NCBI RefSeq assembly: GCF_009914755.1
Contig: NC_060939.1
Source of the DNA: the human T2T-CHM13v2.0 reference genome, Homo sapiens
Reading direction: 5' to 3' (one strand)
DNA length: 64,000 nt
In this document: positions 1-15,271 of the stretch, in pieces
Numbering within the stretch: position 1 is the first letter of the stretch
Layout: every line of letters begins with the position of its first letter
Position numbers and translations under genes: made by a program
Notes under the pieces: model-generated
Told to the model about the DNA's origin: nothing
Database searches by the model: none
Seen by the model: the letters and a program-made list of their open reading frames with translations, nothing else

Positions 1-522
<522 letters not shown>

Positions 523-1202
523 TAGGAAGAAGTCAGTACGTAATATTCCAAATAGGATGGCAAAGAAATATCAACATACGGGTACTGTTTAGAAATTAGA
601 ACTAACTACAGGAAGAAAAAGCTAAATGGTTGGAAAATGCTTACCTTTGGGTAGCAGTTATGTGTGATGTGGAGCATTTGGCCAGGAGGCCACTGTTTTT
701 TATTATAATCTTTGTGATATTTAATTTTTAGAAGAATTATTTAGGTATTATTTTTATAGAAAAATCAAATCAAATAAAATGCAGTGGGGGAGATGGGTGA
801 ATGGTATTGAGGGCTTCAACTATATTAATAATGGTTTATTTCTTAGGTGATAGGTATACAGGTGTTTGGTATGTTATTTATATGCATCTCACGTATCCAA
901 TATATAATTATTTTTAAACAGCAACAACAAAGCAGTGCTATTCAGAGAGGGTGACTGAAGGCCCAGGGTCATGGAATATAAAAGATGGGACAGAGCTTGA
1001 ATGCAGACGTTAGCCTGGGGAAAAGGAAGGAAGAATAGTTCTGACCATACCAATGGGAGAGGGGTTAGAAAAGGTGGCTAGAGAGATATTTTGAATTGTA
1101 GTTGGAAAAAGTTGAGAAATTACAAGTTGAGAAATTTCTCAACTTCTTGTTGGCGGAAAATAGAGTTGGAGTTCTGGCTGAAGATAGGGAAGTTATAGGA
1201 GT

Positions 1203-1673
1203 GTATTTTTCCCTAGGGCTGTTGTAACAAATATCACAACCTTGAGGGCTTAAAACAACAGAAATATATTCTCTCACAGTTCTGGAGGCCAGATCTAAAA
1301 TCAAGGTGTTGGCGAGGCCAGCCCCCCTCTGCAGGCTCTGCGGTGAATCCATTCCTTGTCTCTTCTAGCTTCTGGTGGCTGCTGGCATTCCATGGTGTTC
1401 TTTGGCTTACAGCAGCATCATTCCAACGCCTGCCTCCATCTTCACATAGCCCTTTCTGCATGTGGTGACGTATAATCTCCTTCTGCCTCTCTTTCATGGG
1501 GAGACTTGCAATAGCATTCAGGACCCACCCAGATAATCCAGGATTAGCTCCTCATTTCAAGGTGCTTAATTTAATAACATTGACAAAGTTCTTTCTTCCA
1601 AGTAAGGCAACATTCATAGATTCCAGGGATTTGATGTGGATATCTTTTGGTGGACCATTTTTCAGCTTGCCAC
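1203..1673 (-). mobile_element. MaLR solo LTR (MLT1C/D-like)
   Basis: Typical antisense MLT1 text: ggcttaaaacaacagaaat..ttctctcacagttctggaggccaga..aaatcaaggtgttggc; ends ..gccaca. Confidence 0.85.
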
Positions 1674-2185
1674 AGAAAGTGATTGGATTTAAGGAAACAA
1701 ATTATTTTTTATTGCTTCCCAGGAGAAATTCAGTAAGAAGTCAATAAAAGCAGAAAAATGGTTGCTGAATATCAATGAGATAGATCTGAATCAACCAACA
1801 TGAATTTTTTTAATGTGATTTTTTTTTCAACAAGCTCAAATGTCTATTTTCTGTGATTTTGTATCAATTTTGTATCAAATGTCTTTTTATTTTCTGTGAT
1901 TGCTTTATCACTTTGATCAGCAAGAAAACAGAAACATTTTATTAACAAATTTGTAGATTTTAGGTGTGGCAGGTAAAAAGAGATATGGAGAAAAATGTGT
2001 TGAATAAATATAAACCAATTAAAGCTTGGGTTGCAAATTTAAATTCTTAGAAATAGAATTTCAAGTAACAAACATCATAAGGGACAAAGAGGCATTTTAT
2101 GGATTAATAAAAGGAACACAGACCAAGAAGACATAAACATAAACATATATGCATCTAGCAATATAGCCCAGGATTATATAATGCC

Positions 2186-2669
2186 AGGCAGTCCAAAAGA
2201 ACTTTCTGCAGTGACAGAAATGTTCTATATCTGCATTGTTCAATACAGTAACCACTAACAACATGTGGCTGCTGAACACTTGAAATGTGGCTACTGTGAC
2301 TCAGGAATTGAAGATTTAACTTTAATTAATTCAGACTTATTTATTTATTTTTTGAGACAGGGTCTTCCTCTATTGCCCAGTGGCAGGATCATGGCTCATT
2401 GTAGCCTCCACCTCCTGGACTCAAGCAATTCTCCTGCCTCAGCCTCTCAAGTAGTTGGGACTATAGGCGTGCATCATCATACCCGACTAATTTTTTTTAA
2501 ATTGTTTGCAGGTCTCACTATGTTACCCAGGCTGGTCTCAAACTCCTGGGATCAAGTGATTCTCCTATGTTGGACTCCCAAAGTGCTGGGAATACAGGCA
2601 TGAGCCACTGTGCCCTGCCAATTAAAATGTAAATAGCCACATGTGTCTACTACCTACTACACTGGACAG
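2186..2669. mobile_element. MER3-like hAT-Charlie element split by an Alu
   Basis: gtccaaaagaactttctgcagtgacagaaatgttctatatctgc..cacttgaaatgtggcta; resumes with aaatagccacatgtg..ctggacag. Confidence 0.8.
2337..2619 (-). mobile_element. AluJ-like
   Basis: Diverged antisense Alu with (ttta)n tail. Confidence 0.9.
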
Positions 2670-2908
2670 TCTTGATGAAACAACAGCTGGAAGAATCATG
2701 AACAGAACTAAATAAAGCAACAATAATAGTTGAAGATAGTAATATACTCCTCTCAGAAGTGAACAGACTAAGCAAACCAGAAAGATAACTCTGAGTTGGT
2801 ATTGGCAGATTCCTCCACAATAATAACCTTTATTGTCTTTGCTTTTATTTCCTATTTTCACCCCCAAATTTGCACTGTTTATTGTTTAATAACAAATAGA
2901 CATATTCC

Positions 2909-3262
<354 letters not shown>

Positions 3263-3499
3263 TAGGGATTTAAAAATATTTTTCCCCTTTAAGACCCTGA
3301 GTCAATATTTGGATGTTCCATTGGATTGAGGTCAAGAAACAGTAAGTTCCACCCTCAGCACACTCTTCACTTTCATATGTTCCCATCACTCCAGCTCCTC
3401 TCCAGCTACTGCCATATCTCCCCTTCCCCTCACAGTCAAGCTTTACCCCAGGGCAGCCTGTATTTACTGTATTGTCTTTTCTTCTCCTTCTGAATTTCC

Positions 3500-4260
3500 T
3501 GGTGTCTGTCCTCAAGACTTCACTGAAACTGCTCTAACCTGCATTCTCAATGACCTTCCAATACTCAAATCCAATGGACACTTTCCAGTGCTTATCCTGT
3601 GTGATTTCTCCGCAGCATATATTAATGTCAACCACAATCTCCTGGAACTCTCTTTTATTATTATTATTTTTTTGTATAACCAGCCTCTCCTTCTTTCCAG
3701 CTCACTCTCTACCCCTTTGTAGATCCCTCTTCTGCCTGCCACTTAAATGTCAGCATTTTCTTCTTAGCACTTCCTTCTCAGTCATCTCTGTTTCTCACTC
3801 TGCCTTGTCTCACTGGGAAATTTTACTTAAGTCTATAACTACAATCACTCCTTTAGCTGATGATCCACCAGTGTCTTTCTTAAGTTCTAATCTTTTCAAC
3901 TGGACAATCTGCAGGCATTTCAAACTCAACATGTCCCATACTCTTACACAGCCTCACCGTTCCCATTTTACCTTTCTCATGTATTTCTATCTTGACTTCA
4001 GGACTTTCTCATCCACCCAAGTCATTCAAGCCAGAAACAAGAGCTTTCTTTGGCTCTTGTCTCTTTCACCTCCCACATCTAATTATCCTCCTAATCCTAA
4101 AGCTTCCATTTCCCAGGTATCTCCTGCATTCACTCTGCTCTCATCTTCACTGCCTTAGCTCATGACCTCATCATTGCTCTCCTGGATTATTGAAGTTTTC
4201 TTCCACTGGCCCTCTACCCACAATCTTGCCTTCCCTCATTGTTTATTTTAAACTGCTTTC
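3500..4260 (+). mobile_element. L2 (LINE2) ORF2 fragment
   Basis: cttatcctgtgtgatttctccgcagca resembles the L2 RT LDLSAAF motif; catttcaaactcaacatgtccc; pyrimidine-rich. Confidence 0.75.
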
Positions 4261-4908
4261 TTAGAAGTCAAAAAATTGTCATTCCTTTGTTAAGCATATC
4301 TTTCATGATAAAGTCTGTTGGCTATTTGTTGCACAGTATTAATTTCTCTTTCTTTGGAAATAACACTTCAATATATCTTTGAGATCTGCTTCTTCTCTAT
4401 AGTGTGCAGACATGATGGAATCATAAATCAAGAACTCTGGCCTTCTTACACTAAACCAACTGGTCTCTGTCTCCAAAGACTTTGAGTCTTGTGAAGGTTG
4501 AGTCAAGGATGCAAAAATTTTGCTCTTATTGCAGCAGCAGCACATCGACAAACCAGCAGTCCTCATTCCCTAAATGGTTGTTGCTTTCCTGGTTCCTGTT
4601 CTTTTCTAAGCCCAATTTATTAGCCTTTTTGTTTTGTTTTGTTTTGTTTTCCAGTTCTGTGAGTTCCCAGATACTCTTCAGATAGAAGCCTTTTCTGATG
4701 ATATTAGCCAAAATCTATTTTTGTTGCTTACAACTAGGAAGCTTGGTTGCAAAATGTACATCCATTCATAAGGTAGGCAAAGCCCCTCAGTAACTGGCCT
4801 CCACCCTCTCCTCCAGCATCATCTGTGGTCATGGTCCCCCTGCACCATTCACTCCAGCCTCTAAAATAACATGCTATACCCCTAACATAGCATGTTAAGA
4901 AGATTCTC

Positions 4909-5550
<642 letters not shown>

Positions 5551-6075
5551 TAAAGTCTCAACTTGTGCCACTTTCTCCATGAAGCCTCCCCTGCCACCCG
5601 CAGGCACTCCAGCTTCCATGGCCTCTTGTACACCCCTCTATCATGTTGTACTGAAACTGCCTCTTCACGTATCTAACCCTCCACAGCCTGGCAAACAGTA
5701 GGTGCTCAATAAGTGCCACCCTAAGCCTCAGTTTCTTCATCTAGAAAATAGAATAATAGCATCTACTTTTAGACGTCAAGGTTCTTCCTTATGACCTATA
5801 GAAAACATCTCTACCAACCTAAGCAGAAAGCAACTCTACTGGAAGAATGCTGGTTGGCTTGGAGAATTGTCTGTCAGGCTGGGGCCAGGCTCAGAATACA
5901 GGCAGGAAGGAGAGGCACTGAGCAGCCCCGTTCAGGCACCACACCACTGGCAGTGCACATTGGATATCACTGTGGGTCCCAGCAGAATGAACTCTGACCC
6001 AAGCTTGTATCTGTGTGTCACTTGCTCCTTGGTGTGTGTTTAGGCCCTCCTTGCAGGGAGCAGGCCAAATATTTA

Positions 6076-6372
<297 letters not shown>

Positions 6373-9300
6373 TTATCTGGTCTTTTAAGCTTCTGTACTG
6401 AAAGTGAGGCCCAGTCTCTCACCAAGACTCACAAGATGGGGACGTTCTCAATATCGAGGGGTGGGGGTGAGTTCAGGTGCTCAATAGTAACCCTCCATGA
6501 AGATGTCCCTCACACAGCACTGTTGGTTTGGTAGGAGGATTAAATGAGATGATGTATGGCCAAGTGATTCTCAGACATTTCTCCTAAAGGCAGAGAAATA
6601 GAATGTATCCTCATCTGGATGTCCAGCCTGCAGCCTTAAGTTGCAAGCTTGTGTTACATTTATTTGACAAACATTTATGAAGCTCCTGCCATGTGGCAAG
6701 TCCTCTTCTCAGCACTGGGAATACATCAGTCAGCAAAACAGACATAACTCCTACTGTGGTGGATTTCTATTCTATCATTTATCTTTGGAGTCTTATGTTT
6801 TGCTTGGAAATGCGTGCAGACGATTGCATTCTATTCCCTAATAGGACCATAACAATATACTCATAACATATGAGGTCTTGTTTTAATACAAAAGTAATGG
6901 CTTCCTACCAAAATTTTGGCGACTCAGTGAGCTGGCGGTTGCCTTGCCTCATTTGTTTGAAGAAATGGAAGACTATTTTTTTATGTACCTATATTTGAGC
7001 AAGTTTTCATTGACACCGAAAACAAATCTTGAACTGAGTTTATGGAAGGAACGAAGAGAAAGCTCATGGGAAGGGGCAGGATAATGGGAAGATGGGGCCC
7101 TGCCAGCCTCTGTCAGGGGCCAGGAGCGGAATACCCTGGAAGTCCGTCCTTCTGCCTGAGGCACTAGGAAGGCTCACATGCTCTTTCTTTTAAGGGGTTC
7201 TCTTGAAGAGCGGTCCCAGGCTGGCACTGAGAGTGCCACTGGGTGGCAGCAGTTCTGGGTTGGGGGGCCACTGGCTCTGAGCTCAGCATGGACTTGAGGG
7301 CCACAGTCATCAGGCAGCCTAGGAGATGGCATGCAGCTGGCAGCAGTGGCCAGCCAGGAGACGGAGGGGCAGGCAGGCTGTGGCCTGGACAAGGGAAGCA
7401 ACGTCTCTTGGCAGAGGTGCGAGAGGTGGCGATGGCCCTAGGGTTTGCAGGTCCAGATGCAGAGTGGGAAGGAGGCCCAGCAGGATCCGCCCATCCCATG
7501 ATGGGTGGTTTTGGAGGGCTTTGTTGCCTAAGGAAATTCACTCTCCTTCCCAGGCATAAGACTGAAGGGGTTTATGAAAAACAGATGCTGGTTGAAGTGC
7601 GGGTGAGGGGAATTGTGGTCCCCACCCTGAGGGGATGGGGTTGAACTGAGCTTTCCCCACCCCCTTCCCAATCCCTGTTCAGAAGCCGACTCAGAAAAGG
7701 CCAACTGGTGAACGAACCCTCAGCAGACCAGCGTGGCGACAGAAAAGGCCCTGGGATTCCAGCTCACACAAGGACCTACAAGGATATGGGTTAAAGTGGG
7801 CAGTTGTTGACATAACAATGATAAAAAGAAGTAATATATAACACTCACTGCATGCCAAGCACCACTCTCAATTCCTTCGTTCCTCCCAGCAGTCTTGTGA
7901 ATTAGGTGCCCTAGGCAGAGCTAGGATCCTGGCAGTTGGCTTCAGGGTCTTAAACCCTGTCTGGCATTGACCTTGTATCTTATACCCCAGAGGGGAAGAA
8001 TAGGCAATATTTTTTCAGCAGCAACTCTCTGATTAGGTGATTTATTACCCCTATTTCATTTTACCTTCCCCCATTTTATAGATGATGAAACTGAGGCTCA
8101 GAGAGTACACTACATAACTTGCTTAAAGTCGCAGTTACTCCGTGGCAGAACCTGGATTTGAATGCAAGTCTGTCTCACTGCAAAGCTTGGCAACATCACA
8201 GTATCGCAATAAACACAGAGCCCCTTCTCCCTCCTCCTGGACTCATGTCAGTCCTGGTCTGGCTGCAATGTCCCACTCAGGGGTCCTGCAGCAGCTGCCC
8301 TTCGTCTTAGCCAGACCACTTCCTGTTGGTGAGCCACCCAGAAAAAGCCAGAGAGAGCATGAAGAACTTTAGACAGGGCTGATGGAAGCCTCTGCCGCCC
8401 TCTCTCTCTCCAGCCGGCCTGCCTCCCTTCAGTGACCTTCGGACAGGAGCCAGCCACACAGACAAGGGCCGCATGGATCAGCAGCCTGTGGCCGGCCCCC
8501 GAGGGCGGGCAGCCAGGTGCCAGTGGCTGCAGGAGAGAAGGGCCCCTCTTCTCTCCACTCAAAGGTGGATTGAGGAAGGCTGGCTCCATGATTTTTCCAA
8601 GAAGCTCATCCAGAGCCAGAGAATGGGAACATCTGTGCCCTGGGCTCTGTCCTGGACGCGGCTCAGGCCACAGTCTGGGGCTGGCGTCAGCTGGAGACAG
8701 CCCTGCGTGGAGGAGGCTCTGTCCCACTGGCCAGTGGTGGGGCCACTCCCAGCTGGCAGGCTGATGAGGGGTAGCCGTTGGCCTCCACTCCTGGGAGAGA
8801 GGGAGCCCAGGCCAGTCAGGGGAGGGAGCACAGGGCCTGAGGCTTGGGCACCAGGGGCCATCTGCATGGGCTGTTTATGCAGCAGGACTGGCAGAAGCCC
8901 CAGAGAACCCGCACATGGATCTGGGGGCACAGCTTCTCCTCCCCAGTTCCTGGACCCAAGGCCTCTCCCTTCCCCATCTGCCTTTGGTGACAGGCATGTG
9001 TGGGCATTCCTTACCTCCCCCACCAGCCTGATCATCAAAGCAACAAGGGAACTTAGAGATCATCTGGCCAGCTTATTTTCCCCTGTCCCTTTTTTTCACT
9101 TGGTATATTTTTTAAATTTAAGTTTTAGTTTTTTGAAAAGGTAATATATGTGCGTGATTCAAATATCAAAGTGCTATGAGAAGGTATACATTGAGAAATG
9201 TCATTTCCACCTGCAGCTTCATCTACTCTCCCCCTGGCCACCCCCACCCCACCTGATACCACAGGACGGTACACATTAGCTTCGTATGCATCCTTCCAGG

Positions 9301-9376
9301 GCTTCTGTATGCAAATCAAACATATAGATATTTATTTTTAATTCTCCCCTTTAATTATATAAAAATTAGCATACTA

Positions 9377-9709
<333 letters not shown>

Positions 9710-10300
9710 TTTAGCACACTAGACATCCTTCCATATCTTGCTTTTTAAATTTGCTATATCCTGGAGACATTTTTTTTAAATCATTTTGAGAGCACCTTCA
9801 TTTTCCCAACTGTATTGTATTCTATTTTGTGGCTGTATGATAATTTACTAGCCAGATTTTAGAGATGAACACATGGTTGGTTTCCAGTCTTTCCAATCTT
9901 ATTTTTAATTTCCAATCTTATTTTTAAACGAAGTCTTGTGAGGGAGCTTGATTGATGCCAAGCTGTTCTGGTTAGAGGAGATGATGGGTGAAGCCAACCT
10001 CCAACTTGCAACCTCCACCATCCCTGCCAGGTCTTGGAAGAACTTCATCAGAACCCTAGGCCTCCATGAAACACAGTAAAAACTATGATCTTGTCCTCAT
10101 TGGCTCATTGTATAAATGTGAAACCGAGACTCAGAACAGGAACAAGACTGATCTGAGACCACAAGGTTAGCCTGCGGCAGAACTGGAGCTACAAACAAGA
10201 TCACCTGGGCTCTACTCACTACACTATACATATTTCATCCTCAGGAGTCCCAGGCCAGGGCTCTGGGGCCAGTTGACTAGAGTCGAAGGCAGGTCTTTCT

Positions 10301-10740
10301 GTGGACCCAGCCATGGACCTAGCCACAGACTCAGCCATAGACTCACCCATGGACCCAGCCATATACCCAGTTATAGACCCAGCCATACACTCACTCATAG
10401 ATCCAGCCATGGACCCAGCTATAGGCCCAGCTATAGACTCACTCATAGACCCAGCCACACTCCCAGCCATAGACCCAGCCACGGACTCAGCTGTGGACCC
10501 ATCCATAGACCTAGGCATGGACTGAGCCATAGACCCAGCCATGGATCTAGCCATATACTCACCTATAGACCCATCCATGAATCCAGCTGTGGACCCAGCC
10601 ACATAAGCCATAGACACCTATAGCTCTTGAGTCATAGACACCCATAGGTCTAGCCATGAACCTAGCCATAGACTCACCCATAGACCCAGTTGTGGACCCA
10701 GAAGTCAACCCAGCCATAGACCCAGCCATGCACCCAGTCA
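10301..10740. repeat. Diverged 12-bp minisatellite, consensus ATAGACCCAGCC, ~36 units; 2-3 further units at 11089-11120
   Basis: Units read directly (gtggacccagcc atggacctagcc acagactcagcc atagactcaccc ...). Confidence 0.97.
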
Positions 10741-10749
10741 CAGATTTAA

Positions 10750-11069
10750 TTAATTAATTAATTTATTTATTAATTTATTTATTTTTGAGACAGAGTTTTG
10801 CTCTTGTCACCTAGGCTGGAGTGCAATGGCATGATCTTGGCTCACTGCAACCTCCGCCTCCTGGGTTCAAGCCATTCTCTTGACTCAGCCTCCTGAGTAG
10901 CTGGGATTATAGGCACGTGCCACCATGCCCAGCTAATTTTTGTATTTTTAGTAGAGACGGGGTTTCACCATGTTGGCAAGGCTGGTCTGGAACTCCTCAC
11001 CTCAGGTGATACACCCTCCTTGGCCTCCCAAAGTGCTGGGATGACAAGTGTGAGCCACTGTGCCTGGCC
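10750..11069 (-). mobile_element. AluS inserted into the minisatellite end
   Basis: 17-bp TSD cccagtcacagatttaa (10733-10749) / cccagacacagatttaa (11070-11086). Confidence 0.95.
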
Positions 11070-11388
11070 CCCAGACACAGATTTAAGTGTAGATCCAGCC
11101 ATGCACCCAGCTGAAGATCCTGGATCTGCCTCTCTCCCACTCTGTGCTTTCATTTCCTCTTCCACTGCTTAGATTCAGTGGCTTCACACTCCCAAAAGAA
11201 AGGGCTTTGAGTTTGCAAAAGGAAAGATGAGCTACCCAAACTGGGTGAGACAATGAGGGCTGCTGCTGCTGAGCTGGACTCTTAAGAAATGGAAAGTCAA
11301 GAGTGTGTAGGGATAATAATGTCTGGGAGACCTCAGACTTTGGAGACACGTGTAAGCGATCTGTGTTTTTGAAAAGAATCGCTGGAGA

Positions 11389-11434
11389 CCCTGAACATAT
11401 ACACACCTATTATGTATCAATAAAAAAATAAAAA
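11389..11434 (+). mobile_element. Extremely 5'-truncated L1 (L1PB/L1MA-type 3' terminus)
   Basis: ..acacctattatgtatcaataaaaaaa tail; 17-bp TSD aaaagaatcgctggaga / aaaagaatcactgggga. Confidence 0.7.
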
Positions 11435-13413
11435 AAAAGAATCACTGGGGAGTTTTACAACTGGTAAGTGACTAAGTTACTTAGGAAATACATTTTATGA
11501 AAGAGAAATATGTTTTCCACCAGGCAAAGGATGGGGCAGAGAGAGAGCCTAATTTGGAAGGATTTAACCAATAAACAGGATCTCAGTAGGCCAAGAAGTA
11601 GACAAGCAGAGAGAAGTGGGGCCAATTTACATCTGAAAGACAGAATCTCCAAGACTGGCACAATCCAGGAACACAAGGAAGAGATGGGGTTTGGGGGAAC
11701 TAGGGGTCTCTGCCACCACCTATCCCCAAATCGTAGATGAGGAATCTGACTCACCAGTGGTAAAGCCACCTCCTTGGGGTAACGAGGCAGGTTTGCAGTA
11801 GATTCAGGATGGATATGGTGTAATCCCAGCCCCAAGGTTGCTGATTCCAACCTTGTAATAAGCAGGGGTCCGCAGCGGAAGCACAGCCAGCCTGGGAGCC
11901 AGGAAACCTGGGTCCCGTCTTTGACTCTGCTGCACACAGGGTGACTCTGGACAAGGCATGCCACCTTCCTGGCATCCAGCTTCACCTTCTTCATGGTGAG
12001 ACGGCTGGACTCAGTGAGGCTTTTAAACGTTCTTTTGAGCTCCAAAGTGAGGGGCCTGGACCTGGGCCTTGGATTTGTGACAAATAACCCTTAATCCCTC
12101 TTGGGCAGGGAGAGAGGGAGCAGCCACCTCCACGAACCCCAATTTGGCCTTAACACATGACCCTACTTCATTTGGGAAGGGAGACACGGACCCAGCCTTG
12201 CTCCAAGATACAGCATCATGGACAGTCCACAGAATAAAATCAGAATAAAGTTTGGCTTTTAAGTTTCAAAGCTGTTATCCTAGTGCAAGTCTGGAAAGAT
12301 CTAGGAGCGGTGCTGCTACCTGGGTGGGGATTTTTCTGGGCAGCGTGAGTGGTTAGTAGCTTTCGGGCTGGGGAGGTAAAGGAAGTTGGAAATGAACAAC
12401 GGAGCTGTGGCTGGATGCTGATGTGGGAAACTATCTTTGCATCCCAGGGGAGGGGTCATGGAGGGATGAGGATGATGGGCCCCCTTTTAAGGGCAGGAAA
12501 TGAAAGAGGAGGGCACCTATAGCAGGACCTCTGAGAAGCAGCAACCCTGAGGATGTGCTCAGGATTGGGGTGGGGTCAGAGGCAGCAGAGTGGAGATGGC
12601 TGGGGGGGAATCAGTCACAGAGGCCCCAAGGCAGCCCACCAGCATCTTGGGATCCAGGAGGGATGTGGGAGTGTAGCCATGCTATGAGGAGGGCCTGGAA
12701 TGTAACAGAGAGGAAGAACCAGGATCCTGAAGGGGTTTCGAAGTCGTAGCAGAGGACATCACAACAAGACTCACAGAGACCATTCCTTTGGAACTCACAG
12801 AATATCCCAGGTCCCTTGCCCAAGATAGTTCACCATTGAGGGGTACAGTTAGGGTCAGACCTCCCCAGGGGGTCCCAAAAGTGGGGGTGGAGGACAACAG
12901 CACCTCCCCTAGCCTGCTCCCTCCTCAGGTAGATCTGGCCTGTTCAAAGGAACTGTTTGTGGAGAGGTGCCCGCAGGGCTTAAGGGCCAGCTTCCTGAGC
13001 ATGGGCAAGCCTCCAGTCATTAAGGGCTTTGTCCCTTTTGCTAATAATAACCTTGAGGAGAAGTGTGGCTGGAAAGAGAAACACACAGCAAGCCCCAAGG
13101 CCAGGAACTCGTAAGGCTCCATCAGCTTCCCATTGTGGGTGCAGCCCTGGAGCTGCCTGGCCTCCCAGTGGCCACTGCCAGGGCATGGGGTGCAGGGCAC
13201 CGGTTATGACAGAGGTTTGGGGGTGTCACACTGTCCATCTCCCAGTTTGTTCCCTACAACTTCCCTGACCTCACCCTGTGATTTCCAGATAAGGCTAAAA
13301 GACAACTTGGGATACACTTAATGACACAGAGAGGGGATCTGGAGAAGGAGAGGCATGGGAATTTCAGCTGTGTGATTCTGGGCAAGGCGTGTACACTCTC
13401 TGGGCCTCCACTT

Positions 13414-13722
13414 CTTTTTTTTTTTTTTTTTTTTTTGACAGTCTTGCTCTGTTGTCCAGGCTGGAATGCAGTGGTAGCCAATCTTGGCTCACTGCAACCT
13501 CCGCCACCTAGGTTCAAGTGATTCTCGTGCCTCAGCCTCCCGAGTAGCTGGGATTACAGGCTTATGCCACCACACCCAGCTAACTTTTGTATTTTTATTG
13601 ATAGTAGAGACAAGGTTTCACCATGATGATCAGACTGGTCTTGAACTCCTGACTTCAAGTGATCTGCCTGTCTCAGCCTCTGAAAGTGCTGGGATTACAG
13701 GCATGAGCCACCACTCCCAGCC
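13414..13722 (-). mobile_element. AluS inserted in a MIR
   Basis: Antisense Alu with poly-T; MIR core (tgtgtgattctgggcaag..ctctctgggcctc) on the left flank. Confidence 0.93.
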
Positions 13723-14070
13723 TCTGCGCCCATATTTCCTAACTGAAAAGCAGGACGGTTCCCTGGGCTTCCCTAACAGTCCCTTTTCCATTCTAATCTG
13801 TGAGCATATAAATGATACTCTCATTAAAGTACATCCCAGATGTGGATGAGTCCTACCTGTCCAGCAACTACACATGTTGGACTCAGGATACGCGAGCCAA
13901 ACGATAAAGGAGGGGAAAAGAAAGGAGGGAAGAGGTGCAAGATGGGCAGAGAAGGAGGAGGTGAGGTGGAAAGCTCAGTGTTACAAGGAAGCCAGGGGCA
14001 TGGAGGAAAGCTGTGAAGGGAGGCAGCTCTGCGTTTGATCCAGCTCCATCACTTACTAGCTGGGTGACCC

Positions 14071-14183
14071 CAGAAGATCACTTGAGTCCGGGAGGTCAAG
14101 GCTACAATGAGCTACAATTTCGCCACTGCACTCCAGCCTGGGTGACAGAGAAAGACCCTATCTCAAAATAAAAAATAAAAAAG
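14071..14183 (+). mobile_element. AluJ right-arm fragment
   Basis: gatcacttgagtccgggaggtcaaggctacaatgagc..cactccagcctgggtgacagag followed by A-tail. Confidence 0.85.
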
Positions 14184-14211
14184 ACTATACTTTTCACTTC
14201 TAGAAATTCAT

Positions 14212-14946
<735 letters not shown>

Positions 14947-15271
14947 GTTTCCCCTTTCAAATCTGTTTTTTTTTCGTGGTGTCTTATTCTAGTATGTTTA
15001 ATCATATTAAGTTTTTTTTTGGCTTTGGTTTTGCTGTCTCTCAGAGATTGGCGTTCTGTTCATTGGAGGTCTTCAGCTCTCGTCCCTCTGACCCTCACTC
15101 AGTGGACCGCTTCCTCATGGGTAGTGTCATTCAGTTTTAGCAGGACTCCTCTTTCCCATGAGAATTCCTTGCTGCCTGGGTTTTTGGAGCAACCATCCAG
15201 AGTACGTTTGCATCTCCTCCTATTACAGGGCACTCCAGTCCAATCACCTGTTGGGTACTCATTTTGTTAGT

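Larger units (their letters stand above)
2050..2790 (+). mobile_element. Old L1 ORF2 (endonuclease-region) fragment interrupted by MER3 and an Alu
   Basis: A-rich L1-like text on both sides of the insertions (agggacaaagaggcattttat..ccaagaagacataa; acaataatagttgaagat..actcctctcagaa). Confidence 0.55.

Noticed and set aside
3550-4158. 202-aa ORF
   Set aside because: Lies inside a decayed pyrimidine-rich L2 fragment.
8248-9144. Cluster of 110-223 aa ORFs
   Set aside because: Overlapping frames on both strands in GC-rich sequence, with no recognisable protein or convincing exon structure.
10301-10740. Possible CRISPR-like array
   Set aside because: Head-to-tail 12-bp units with no unique spacers, in a eukaryotic context with no cas genes.
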